Part shown: piece by piece, positions 26,302-38,050 of the stretch | How the letters are laid out: each line of letters begins with the position of its first letter | Numbering within the stretch: position 1 is the stretch's first letter | Notes under the pieces: model-generated | Seen by the model: the letters and a program-made list of their open reading frames with translations, nothing else | What the model was told of the DNA's origin: nothing | Databases searched by the model: none | Position numbers and translations under genes: made by a program | DNA from: Anthoceros angustus | Lineage: Eukaryota > Plantae > Anthocerotophyta | Direction of reading: 5' to 3' | Length of the DNA: 64,000 nucleotides | Assembly: GCA_010909165.1 (NCBI GenBank) | Contig: MU008185.1 | Coordinates: forward strand, 434,001 to 498,000

Positions 26302-28654
26302 TCAACTTGCCAAACTCTTGCTACTCTGCCGTCCAAATTGGATCACCATGGGTCTCTCCTTGAGCTTGTAGCCATTGACCAATTCCAGAGCATCTTTCGA
26401 TGCTTGCAGATCTGATTGAAAACTAGTTGGTTAGATGAAATATCTGACGCACTCCAATAGCACAGATATGGCTTTTTATCGTGGTCAGCGCATATATCCT
26501 GCAGCCCAGTTCCCACGCCCGAGGGAAAAGGACAGAAAAAACCTAAAAACTCTAGGAGGATATCTTGGGCCACACATTTTGAGTCCAGCTTGCAAACAAC
26601 ACCACGTTCACATTTGGCACAAGAGTGAGTTGCTCAAGAATGGGTTTGTACCTGGAAATGTTATAAAAGCTTGTCCTTTCATACGGCCTCTTTGCATGAG
26701 CCGGAACGTGAGGTGCTGTCCCGGTCTCTGATATCGAATGAACAGTGCCACAAGATCCTGCTCAGTGACTTGAGGAGAGAGATTCTTGATGTACAACGTC
26801 TGCAGGAGAAATACAAGTGAGAATGGTACCTTCAAGAACTGCCATCTAGGTTGCACAACTGTCCTTAGCTTGGACGCTAGCAGACCATTCAGATTTTTAT
26901 ACAAAAAGCTGGTGATGAAACAGGGTACAAGGCATCTCACATCAGAAGGTTGCCCAGGAGCATAATTGCTGAACTTGCCACCAGCCAGCTGCTTGATTTC
27001 AGCTTCTTGTAAACGGTTTTGCAGTATGCAACTTAAAGGCACTTCCTCCACTTCCATCTTAGCTGTCGATTCATGTTCAGAAGACGGCCCTGACTTCTCC
27101 GGGATTTTCAAATCACTGTTCCCATTGCCATCCTCGCCCCCGTTACATGATGTTTCCCCAGTACTCGCTTGTGTTGAGACAGCCTCCTCTTTCATCTGCT
27201 GCACATACGAGTGCAAGTCCAGAACAGGTGGAGCTGGACTTCTGAACACCTGAGTTACTGGTCGATACAGCTTCTCCTCAGCAGCGTGCCTAGCTCGCTC
27301 CTGAGTGGTGCCGTCAGCAGCAGGTTTAGTTCAAAATCTTGCAGCAATGTCCAACATGAAATCAAAAGTGGCTTGATCACTAGAAACGGACAAGCAACCT
27401 GAGGAGTTAGATTGTGGTGTAAGTCATCATCTTCAGCGTGGCTAAGAAGTGGTCTCCGTGGATGGATATCTGGACATTTGACGCAAGAAGAGGATCAGGC
27501 CAGAGGTGACGCAGTAGAGCAGCCCTCAGCAAGGTGTCAAAATGGCGAAACAAGTTCTTACCCTTAGCAGACAAGTGAGCTATCTGTCGAACCACGTCCT
27601 TGCCAAGTTGCACTGAGGATTCGATCTCCCTTTCATGTCTGGAAGAAAGCTCATCCAATTCTGCCTCATGGCAGTCATCTGCCTTTTTGCGCACCCTGCA
27701 GGCCGCTTCGTTTTCAACTGGTTGCACGGTCCTTGCAAAATCAGGATGTGGTCCATATCTCTTGCGTTTCAGTCCCTGCAAGAAGAATACACATAGACAT
27801 ATAAGAAATACGAGGTACCAAAGCATTGCAGCTCCGAAAGTCATGAGGGAAGACAGTCCAAAGCACAAACCTTCTCACGATCAGAGACGGAAGTGCTTAA
27901 TTTTTGAAAGTGATCCCTGTCAGACCCCAGGACATGATCTCTGATCAGCCAGTGAAGTACAGCAAATGCCTGGAAGGTGCGACATCACCACACAGGAATG
28001 AAAAGGATACTCAGCTGAACAAATCATCCGCACCTCCATCAACAAAGCCAGTAGATGGCAGAAACTTAAACATAAACCTTTACCCTTACTTGATTTGAGC
28101 ATCAGACAAGCCTTGAGCATGCAGTGCATGAGCCTTCGAGTTCTGCTGCTTTCTGTTTATCTCACTCTTACAAAACTGAGCATGACTAGCAATGCCCGAT
28201 GAGGAGTGACCAACGCAAAGCAAAGTCTCTGTGGCTTGTTTGAAATCAACCCTCTCAAGTCTGCTGCCAGAAAACTTACGACTTAGATGTAATCAAAATA
28301 TTTAGGTTTGAAACACGCAACTTTCCTCCAAATTTTCCGACTCTGAGCTCTAGCTGCAACAGGACACTGAGACTAGGGTTTTTCCGGTCAACATTTCAAC
28401 TGCCCACCAAAATGCCACCCTTCACCGAAAGACCAGGTAGCATTTCATCCCAAGGCTTCCTTACCAGCCCACTGATCGACCAACACCTCTGATTGAAACC
28501 CCACAAGCTCCGACGAAGCAGAGGCACTCCAACGAAGCCAGAAAACGCACCTTCTAGAAGTGGACAGCTGCTTGTGCAGCAGATGTTGCAGAGTTAACTC
28601 CGCTTGCGAGATAACATTTTCCAAGGGCCCCTCGTCGTCGGCCGACCAGGCCAT
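26302..28654 (-). CDS. RBM41: RBM41-like RRM protein (paralogue of U11/U12-65K), multi-exon
   Basis: N-terminus LENVISQAELTLQHLLHKQLSTS and LHAQGLSDAQI. C-terminal part KFSNYAPGQPSD/TLYIKNLSPQVTEQDLVALF...RLMQRGRMKGQAFITFP/..ALELVNGYKLKERPMVIQFGR. Only one RRM was seen. Confidence 0.8.
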
Positions 28655-28873
28655 CCTTCCGATCCTGCTACAGCAACCCGGCGGGAACCGTGGTCAGTTC
28701 ACTCCAGGGCTGTGAACTGTTGCTACCCGGGCGGTTTCTTGACCCATTTATAGCGTCAAAGACCAGTCCCAACGCAAGAAACACTTCCGTGGAAGAAACT
28801 CCGCCGGATTCCTCAAATACAACATCCTGGACATATAGTGGACTGGTTTTATAGTGGACTGCAGTACAGAAGA
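28655..28873. promoter_or_regulatory. Putative bidirectional promoter between RBM41-like (-) and IFT70 (+)
   Basis: The inferred start codons are divergent and 219 bp apart. Confidence 0.55.
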
Positions 28874-31800
28874 ATGACGTGGGGTCAGGTCACGGCTCTC
28901 ATTTATGGTTTCATCCGTGACTCCAAGTACGCACAAGCTGTGAAGTAAGATTCCTTCTGAGAATTCCTGAAATCCGGAAGTCACAGACTGTTTCGTTTTC
29001 TTCTCAACTGCTGATGAATTTTGGGCCTACAGAATTTTGCAGGAGCAGCTTGACCTGTATCCCGAAAGCCAGGCTGCCTTGTCTCTTCTTGGATACTGTC
29101 ACTACTGCCTCGGTGACTACCATGCAGCTGCGTCCATGTACGCTGTAATCGATTTATTTATCGCTGATATTTATATCTGTTCCATCAATTAATCTCTTGC
29201 TTCGTTTTTCTTTTTCAGGTACGAACAACTGACAAAATTACATCCTAACGACGATAATTATCGAACTTATCAAGCACAAGCACTCTACAAGGTCTTTTTT
29301 GGAAAGAAAGGAGCCTATTGAATGTATAGGAATAATTTATTATCATATAATAACTTGGTAAAAATCCAAAGAGTGGGAAAAACGTGGGAGTGGGAATAAT
29401 TGTGAAAGTAGGAATAATTGTGAAAGTAGGAAAGACTCCAAATGAGCGGCTCATAGTAAAACATAGATACATAGATACATAGCTTTTTATATATGATATC
29501 GAAGAATGTATCAGAAATACCTTTTTTGTGCAGGCAGGAATGCTTGGAGATGCCGCAAAAATATCTTTGACAATAGATTCTCCTAAAATGCGAGTAGTAA
29601 ATCTACAAGCTTGCATCCGATATGAACAAGAAGACATACCAGGTATGTATACATCTTTTTGGGGATGGTTAGTATGACATAACAGAATGAAGATTAAGTC
29701 TTGAAACTTGTAGGAAGTAGAATGATATTAGAGCAAAATATCGATGATAATATGGATGCCATAATCAACCTGGGTTGTTGTTTATACAAGGTACGTATGT
29801 CCTAAGTTTTTAATGCATCATGTGAGATATTTGAATTGGTAAAAAACATATTTAAATACTCATGTTGTTAATCTCATGCAGGAAGAAAACTATCAAACTG
29901 CTTATGTGCAATTTACAGAGGCCGCTAATGCTATTGGGTTTCAGGTCATTATAGCCTTATACTTGTTTATCTAAAAATTTTAGTCATGAAAAAATATTTA
30001 TCCAAATTATTGTATCTTGATTGATAGTATTTGAATGAAGCAGCCTGAACTAGCATACAATAGAGCTTTATGTCTATACAAGTTGAAGTCATTTCCACAA
30101 GGTATTTTTGAAAGATTACTTAATCCATATTACTTTATTGTTGGATGGTTTAATAGCAAATTTATTTTATGGGCTGCTGAAACAGCCTTGAAAATTTTGA
30201 TGGAAATTTTTGAGCATGGAATGGAAGAGTATCCAGAACTAAACATTGGCAGGTATCTATGAAGCTTATGCAATACAAAACGTGTGCAGCCTCTAGTACA
30301 TGATCGAATTTTATGTTGATATGTTTCACAGTCATGCGGAGTCCATGGAGCTTTTGGCTATTGGAAACAGTCCCACTCTCAAAGAGTCTGCACTTGTTGA
30401 AGCCTTCAATTTGAAGGTGTTCGGTTTTTCTTAATAGATGCACATATATACATGTGGATATGTGTAAGATTTTCTTTTTAATTCTTATTGTAGTGTGCAA
30501 TTGAATATATAACTGGAAATACTGAAGCAGCAAAACAAGCTCTGAAAGACATGCCACCCAGAGCCGAAGAAGAGCTAGACTCTGTAAGCAAAACAAGATT
30601 GAAAATGATCTTGAAGTTATACAAGGTGTTTTGCGCGGGGGTTTACAACCTTCTTAGAGATATTGTATATATTGACAAACACAGATTACTTTACATAATC
30701 AAGGTTTGATAAACATGGATATGGATCCAACATCAGGATTTCGAAAGCTTAACTTCTTACTCCAGGTTTGTAAATGGGATCTAACATTAGGATATTAGAA
30801 GCTTAGCTTCTTACTTCAGGTCCTCTAAATGAATTCTAGTGATGTACATTCTAAGAAATATATTTGAAAAGAACATAATTGGATGGTTTTTGTTGTTAGA
30901 ATCCTCCATTCCCACCGGAGACTTTTGGAAATTTATTGCTATTGTATTGCAAGCCTTTCTATGGTTTCTATGATCTTGCTGCTGATGTCATGGCAGAAAA
31001 TGTTGATCTTACATTCAAATATTTATCACAGGCTAGTGATACCCGTACCCTACTATTCAAAGTACAATCCTCATTAAGTGAATGTATTCTGAATTTATTT
31101 AACATATTGTATGGTTTCATACTCGATTGCAGGATTTATACGATTTTTTAGATGCTACTATTTTGACACAGGCATCCATTGAGGTCTGAACGTACAGAAT
31201 GAAATTATGAAAGTAATTCCATTCAAAATGATCCTTATTTCGCCAGAAACATGCCAAAATTAAGTGTGTAATGCTTTGTTATAGGAAGCATATCAAAAAT
31301 TTAATGAGCTAGCCAATAGGCATGGTGAGGTGTTACGTAGACTTTCTAAACAAGTGCAAGATGCTCGCAACTCTCGAGATGTTGAAATGCATAAAAAAGT
31401 TGTATCTGAGTATGATCAAAATTTACAGGTATTCTATTTTTTAGCATTTATTCATAGCTAGCCATTATGTTTCAAAGTTGTCTACCAACACTCTTATACA
31501 TTTTTGTACTTAAATAATCTATCATGAGAAATGTAATAATGACTTACATGCACATATGTGTGTACTAGAACTATGTTCCTGTATTAATGGCTATGGCAAA
31601 GATTTGTTGGGATAAAGAAAATTATCCACAAGTCGAAAGAATATTTCACCATTCAATTGACCTTTGTGCTGAACAAGACACATGGAAATTGAACGTAGCA
31701 CATACATTCTTCATGCAAGTAAGAAAAAGTTATTATTTTTTACCACAAGTATTCAAGTATTTACAATCAATGCAGCATTCAATTTAGTTTTGTTTCAATA

Positions 31801-32809
31801 CATCAATTTTTTGAATCAGGATGACAAATATAAGGAAGCAATCCACTATTACGAACCTATTGTCAAAAAAGCTGGAGACAATATACTAACCGTGACTGCC
31901 ATAGTACTTGCGAACCTTTGTGTTTCATACATAATGACAAATAGAGTAAGTCCAAAATGCATTGACTAGTATGTAAAACATATATTTGGTAACCTATTTA
32001 TATTAACTTATATTTAAAAATATTATTATTGTTAGAATGATGATGCGGAGGATTTGATGAGAAGGATAGAGAAGGAGGAAGAGAGAACTATTTATGAGGT
32101 ATTTCAAAGCTGTTTTGAAAATTGGATATTATATGTATGATTAAAAATAATAAATAAATTATATTAAAACGTATATATTTTTATATTATTATAGGTATAC
32201 TGATTAAGATAGATCCTAAAATGGCAGGATCCTGGAAAACAAAATCTTCATTTGTGCATAGTAAATCTGGTTATAGGAACATTATATTGTGTGAAACAAA
32301 ATTTTGAATTTGGAATAAGTCGTATAATTAAGAGCTTGGAACCTTATGGTAAGAAGATTGAGATGGATACGTGGTTTTATGCTAAGAGGTGCATTTTAGC
32401 TCTTATGGACAATCTGGCCAAACAAATGATCATGGTAAGATAAAAAATATATAACATATTAGTTTAAGCTGATATCACCTTTACCTAGCTTCCAAGTTCT
32501 AATCCATGAAAACCTTGCTCTTGCTCTTGCTCTTGCAGCTTAAGGATTCTAGCTCCCAAGTTCTAATCCATGAAAACCTTACTCTTGCGCTTGCTCTTGC
32601 AGCTTAAGGATTCTGCGTTTGATGACTTGGGTGAATTTTTGGATGCTGCGGATACACACAGCAAAAATATTCCTACCCAAGTGAGTAGTGTAGTGAATCC
32701 TTGCACAATTATAGACAGTCCAGATAGATTTGGCAACCCAGTAAGCAGCCCTAGTGTATCCGACGAAGCTCGTCTTCTCAAGCGGATGCTGCTGAAGCTG
32801 ACAGACTAG
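28874..32809 (+). CDS. IFT70: Intraflagellar transport protein IFT70 / TTC30 (fleer/DYF-1), about 19 exons
   Basis: MTWGQVTALIYGFIRDSKYAQAV, AALSLLGYCHYC, QPELAYNRALCLY, LVEAFNLK, DMPPRAEEELD, NPPFPPETFGNLLLLYCK, DLAADVMAEN, WKLNVAHTFFMQ, AIVLANLCVSYIM, HLCIVNLVIGTLYC...FEFGISRIIKSLEPY..DTWFYAKRC, EARLLKRMLLKL. Confidence 0.96.
32486..32613. repeat. 64-bp tandem duplication spanning the last 3' splice site of IFT70
   Basis: tagct(t/c)ccaagttctaatccatgaaaacctt...cttgcagcttaaggattc begins at both 32486 and 32550. Confidence 0.9.
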
Positions 32810-33589
32810 AAAGAGGGCATCTGGCTATGTATAAGGTAAGTAAAGGGATGCCAAAATGGCGTGAGCGCTCATGGCCACTGAAAGCAAATAGGCAAGGGCA
32901 GAAGCCAATGTGAGATTTGGGCATGGAAGCAACCTAGATTGGCCTGGCCCTTGTTTCGTCGCGGAGCTGGTTAGTCAGTCATTGGCAGCGGAAACCATGT
33001 TCCGGGAGCGCAGGCGGGCCTGACGCTGCGCTGGGATTCTTCGGCTGCTGCCTTCCGGTTTGCTCGCATCTTGGCGCTCTCCGCACTTGATCGCGGCTCG
33101 CTACTCTGTTTTCAGATGCGCGCTTGCGCTGCAGCCCCGGGTGCCGCGCGGCCACTGTGCGCCGGTGCGCCCCTCGTTGGCGCACATTGTGAGTGCGGCT
33201 CCCTCTTGGCTGCCGGCTTCAGCTTGCGTGCTTGTGTGGTGTTTGTGAGCGATTGGAGTGGAGTGGAGTGGAGTGGAGTGGTGTGCGTGCTGGAGCTGAT
33301 GGTGTGCGGTGAATCAGGGTTGCGTGATTCTGAGTTGTGTGGTGTGATGTTGGTGGTGCGACTGTGTGGTTGCTTCTGGTGGTGGAGGGGGCAAGAGCTG
33401 GACTTGTGGTGCAATGAGGCGGGGAAGGGGGAAGGGGTAAAGGGTAAGGGGGTTGAGGTTTGAGGATTGACCTCGTGCGTGGTGTGCAGGTGGTGTGTGG
33501 AGGGCTGTGTGAGCGGCGGTGAGCCTGGGGGCTTGTACGGGGGACGCGTGGATCGGGTGTATGAGGCGTCGCCTGAGTTGGATTTGGAA

Positions 33590-34618
33590 ATGAGGAGCGA
33601 ATCCTCGCAGAAGCAGCCGCAGCCGCAGCGTGGTTTGGTGGCCAAGTCGGGAGCTGCCTCGCGGATCATCTCCACGGCCAAGTCCCTGGCTCGCGTGTCT
33701 GGAAGCCCCAGCAGCAGTGCTGGGAGCAGTAGCAAGTCGAGCCCGGTGGACAGGAGCGGGGCGAGGATGAGACACCCGAACGGTGGGGAGGACTTCTCTA
33801 TCGCCTTGGGGAAGGAGGGATCTGGAAGTGTGTCCCCTGGCGCGGGAGGGAGGCCGGGCATTGGCCGGTTCAGGCTGGATGAGACACCCAAGGGTTCTGG
33901 TGGACACGGACATCTTGTGGCGTCGGAGTTGGGGGGAGAGGATGGTCTCGAGTGTCCCGTGTGCTGGGAGGCGTTTAATGATCAGGATAATACTCCCTAC
34001 GTCCTGTGGTGTGGCCATACTCTGTGCAAGACGTGTGTGATGGGCCTTCGTTGGGCGGTCATCAAGCTCCCGGGCCTGTCTCTGCAGCTGCCTCTTTTCA
34101 TCCAGTGTCCTTGGTGCCAATTCCTGACTGCGCGGATGCAATGGAAAGGCTCTCTCAGGCTTCCCTGCAAGAACTACTTTGTGCTCTGGATAGTCGAGAG
34201 CGCCAAGGCCGGGAGTGTGAAGCAGAGACCCCATAGCCCTTCTGCCAATGTTTTCTCAAACGTTGCATTCACACCTTCCAGTCCAGCAGGGGCCTACTGT
34301 CATCATGGCCATCACGACAACCTGCGACCTAGAAGACTGTTGCAAGCTCAGGCACCTTCAGGGAATGTGGAGGGGAGCCTAGATTGGGGATTGTTGCGAC
34401 AGTGGTGTGCCCGAATGGTGATGCTCTTTGTGCAGTTCACTGCCAAATTGCCTCTCGTTCTTCTGCTTTTGTTCATAGTGTTCTATGTGTTACCTTTCAG
34501 CAGTCTCGTGCTTGCCCTCTACTGTGTGATAACGGTAGTTTTTGCCGTTCCATGCTTTCTTATTGTTTACTTTTCTTATCCTAGTCTCAATTGGCTCGTG
34601 AGAGAGATTTTGACATGA
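33590..34618 (+). CDS. RING-type E3 ubiquitin ligase with C-terminal transmembrane segments; coding region intronless
   Basis: LECPVCWEAFNDQDNTPYVLWCGHTLCKTCV...IQCPWCQ and KNYFVLWIVES, followed by a hydrophobic C-terminus FTAKLPLVLLLLFIVFYVLP...FSYPSLNWLVREILT. First in-frame ATG is 33590. Confidence 0.92.
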   Translation: MRSESSQKQPQPQRGLVAKSGAASRIISTAKSLARVSGSPSSSAGSSSKSSPVDRSGARMRHPNGGEDFSIALGKEGSGSVSPGAGGRPGIGRFRLDETPKGSGGHGHLVASELGGEDGLECPVCWEAFNDQDNTPYVLWCGHTLCKTCVMGLRWAVIKLPGLSLQLPLFIQCPWCQFLTARMQWKGSLRLPCKNYFVLWIVESAKAGSVKQRPHSPSANVFSNVAFTPSSPAGAYCHHGHHDNLRPRRLLQAQAPSGNVEGSLDWGLLRQWCARMVMLFVQFTAKLPLVLLLLFIVFYVLPFSSLVLALYCVITVVFAVPCFLIVYFSYPSLNWLVREILT

Positions 34619-35005
34619 TCCCAGTTCTGCCCTGCAAGAACTTTTCTTAGGCATGTAGCCTGTGTGCTTTCACCGAAAATCTACGTAGCTTTTGTATCCT
34701 TCCATTGTTGTTACGGCATTGTGTTGTATTCTTGCTTCTGATCAACAGAGCAAAGTGACGCGCATCTCAAGGTTGGCAAGCTACCTCGAATGCGTGTTAG
34801 TGTCATTCTTTCTGCCACATTTGACTGCATTACTAGGTTGAAGTAGGAATGAGAAGAGCCGTCCTTTTTTAGAGGCAGTCGTTTCTTCTTTTGTACACAA
34901 TCTTGCTATGTAACATCTTTATCTGAGAGAGGCACTGTAATTCAGTACACCTCAATTTGTAGGAAGTGTCTGGTTGGACGTCCAGCAGTTGTAGCAATTT
35001 AGGGG

Positions 35006-37294
35006 TCACGACAAGGGGGACAAGGCCCTTTTGCCTAGAAGACCATGAATGATATGTGTGAGCTGTTCTCCTGTACTAGTGCAAGAAGGAGCTTCAGTCT
35101 CCGGAAGCTCTTGCAAGATGTCTTTTAGAGTCGAAGTGATGTGCGGAAAACTGGGTCTCTTGCCTGGCTGCTGACACCATGCCGATGTTATGAGCTCAAC
35201 AAGACCAGCGTGAACAACCACCTTAGGCAGAGCAGGTCGGAGCTTGCCATCAGCAACAAATGACGCAATCTGTGACAAGCATTCAACATTCGTAAGTGCC
35301 TGGTTCTGCGTCGGAAATTGAAAGATTGCTTAACAACTTCAAGTACGTAGTGTTGCACACCTGAACTGCGCTGTAGCTTGTTTCAATGTACGGTCTATCC
35401 CCTGTCACGAGCTCGCACAGCAGAATGCCAAAACTGCAAGAAACCGGCAAAGAGTCACATGGGCTTGAGGGACAAACATTTCCCGTGCAAAGCTGAAAGC
35501 TGAAGATGCACACCTGAAGACGTCACACTTTTCATCGTAATGAGCATGTTTCATAACTTCTGGTGCCATATATATGTAAGTGCCTGACCACATTTGTTGC
35601 CTTCGTTGTCAGCAAGTCAGGTGTCTGCATTCGTCATGTATTAGCTTAATTGCAGTGCTTACCCGTTTCTCCAGTCAACACTGCAGCAGGGGGTTGCAAC
35701 ATTTTGCCAAATCCAAAGTCTGCGATTCGGGGATGCAGATGCTCATCTAAGAAAATGTTGCTCGGTTTCAAATCCCGATGCAAGATCCTCGGCCGCTGCT
35801 CCTGCAAATACTGCAAGACTGGACAGCCTGAGTGTTTGTATTCTTCATTGATAAACGCTCGTTGGAACAGCGGAAAAGTTTTTGACGTTTTGCATACCTC
35901 CATTCCCTGCGAGATCTCCAATGCCACCCGAAGTCGTTCATAAAAGGGAGGAAGAGGTTCTTTCCTCTTCCCTTCTCTGGCCTTATCACCATGCAGCCAC
36001 TCCGTGAGCGTACCCCCCGGAAGATACTCTGTGACTAACCAAGCGTAGTCCGGTGGTTGCAAGCTTGCTCCCAATAATCTCAAAATGTAAGGATGCCGCT
36101 GCCTTGCAACCAGCTCCACCTCCTGGCAGAACTTGTCTACGCCATCCTGTCCCCTTCACAGGACGTCTAGAAGTCAACAGAAAATTGATCCTAAGAACAG
36201 GAATTTCAAGCTTCCAACCAGCGTGGCTTACTTACCACAGTTTCTTCGATTCGATGGGGAAGAATGCACTTGACAGCAACATCAAGGCCGCGCCACTGGG
36301 CCTTGTAGATGTTTGCAGTGGTTCCCTCTCCAATGAACTCACCAAGTACCACCTGCAGGTGCAACAAAAGAGTGTGATGCTCTTGCAGAACTTTCACAGT
36401 GCTTGTGGATAGATCCGTTGCCACATGATGTGCACCACTGTGTGGAAGTTGTGAGGTTCCACTTGCCTCGGAAGGCTCAATGAACCACCCATGCTTCTTG
36501 GCTTTGCGCCTCAGCTTGACGATCCTGGGAGGAAGAGCACTGTCCTCCACAACCATGTGGCCTGTGTCCAGACGATCAGTTTCGCCCTTTCCAGCGTCAC
36601 AGGAATCCGGGTCTGCCACATCCACTCCTACAGCCCGTGGATCTACCCCGTGATCAATGGCAATCTGGCGGCACTGCCGAAGAGCCTCGCCGAGGGTGGC
36701 GGCCTGATCCCTGAAGCACCTCTTCACCTCGTACTGCATGTTCCTCTGCGCCTCCAGCTCCGCCATCTGCATTGCATCAATTCCCTCTTCACAGCTCATG
36801 GAATCCCACCTTTCATAATTAACCTACAAGTCACTGGCATCCAATGACAGCGGCAGTCACCTGCGCTCTAAGCTCTTCATTTTCGGCCATGAGCGACCTG
36901 ATCGAAGCCGTGAGCTCCTTCGTTTCCAACTTCGGTTGCCCCTGGCAGCAATCCACCTCTTCCAGGGTCACGCAGCTAGCTAATCGACAAGAATCTCAGA
37001 CAGCAATGCTCAGGAGTCTACAGCCTCCAGTCTGCTTCCACCGCACTTAATTACCAAATGCCTCTCGTAGGACGATGAATGTCGCCGCGAGCTTGAGTAC
37101 GTGGAGGTGACGCTGTCACCCCTGGTCGAAAGGCTTTCACCTGCCTGGTGATCCTCAGCTGCTTGACGCCGGCCGCCGATTCCCATGTGACGCATCCAGT
37201 TGCGCAGCCAGGTCGCCATTTTCGAAGGCACCTGCCGGGAAACCGATGGCTCCCGTGAGAGCCTAGCGCTACTGGACCTGAACGACGAATCCAT
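35006..37294 (-). CDS. Raf-like/STY-type Ser/Thr/Tyr protein kinase with coiled-coil N-terminus, multi-exon; start 37294 or 37219
   Basis: WFIEPSE/VVLGEFIGEGTTANIYKAQWRGLDVAVK, RHPYILRLLGA, HRDLKPSNIFLD, IADFG, LTGET/GTYIYMAPE, KCDVF/SFGILLCEL, RPSF. Confidence 0.92.
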
Positions 37295-38050
37295 GATCCA
37301 AGTCCTACTTGCGTCGAAAAGATTTGAACTGCACCACCTCCGGTGTTGAAAGCAAGGATACATTTATGGAGTTCAAGCGTTGCGGTAGCTCCAAAGCGGA
37401 CAAGCAACCACTAGCTCTACCTTCGAACGTTCCGCCCGCCTGCCGTCCAATGTGTGACACGCCAGCGTCACTCTTGCAGCTGATCCATGTTGCTGCAGCT
37501 CTCCAGACACAGATCAAACTCACCGATGTAAGATTTCCAAGGTTGGCTTGGGTTTAACAGGCTGCGTCACTTGTGTAAGTTCCTAATCGCAATTGCAAGC
37601 CTCTGGTAGCTCTTCTCATCCCTTCAGCTTCTTCCTTGAGCCAGCGCAGGGAGAGTTGAAGCACACTTCTTGGAGAAAGAGTGTGTGAAAAGAAATCAAA
37701 AGCTTGAGTTGAATCAATCCCATCCCGCTCCATGTTTTTTTTACAGCAATTGTCGAATACAGTTACACTAGCTCATGATCAGTCCTAGGTAGGTGCATGC
37801 CGGTTTCCGCAGCGATGGTGTCGGCCTGTCGTGGATGAAAGGAAGCCTTGGGGGCACGACTTAAGCTTGCCGGCGTCGTCACAATATTCTGCACTAAGCC
37901 TTGTGGTGCAGCTGCTGCTGTAGGATGCTGAGTCGTCGAACTTGCACTCCCTGACAGTGTGTGTGTGTGTGTGTTTTCTTTTACAGGTCCCAGCGACCAC
38001 GCCGCTCCCAACTGGTGTATCAGATGTACGTCAGTGGGCTGCCTGCGCCG

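Noticed and set aside
33112-34234. Minus-strand ORFs of 259 and 306 aa
   Set aside because: Antisense to the RING gene and its low-complexity 5' region; no recognisable domain.
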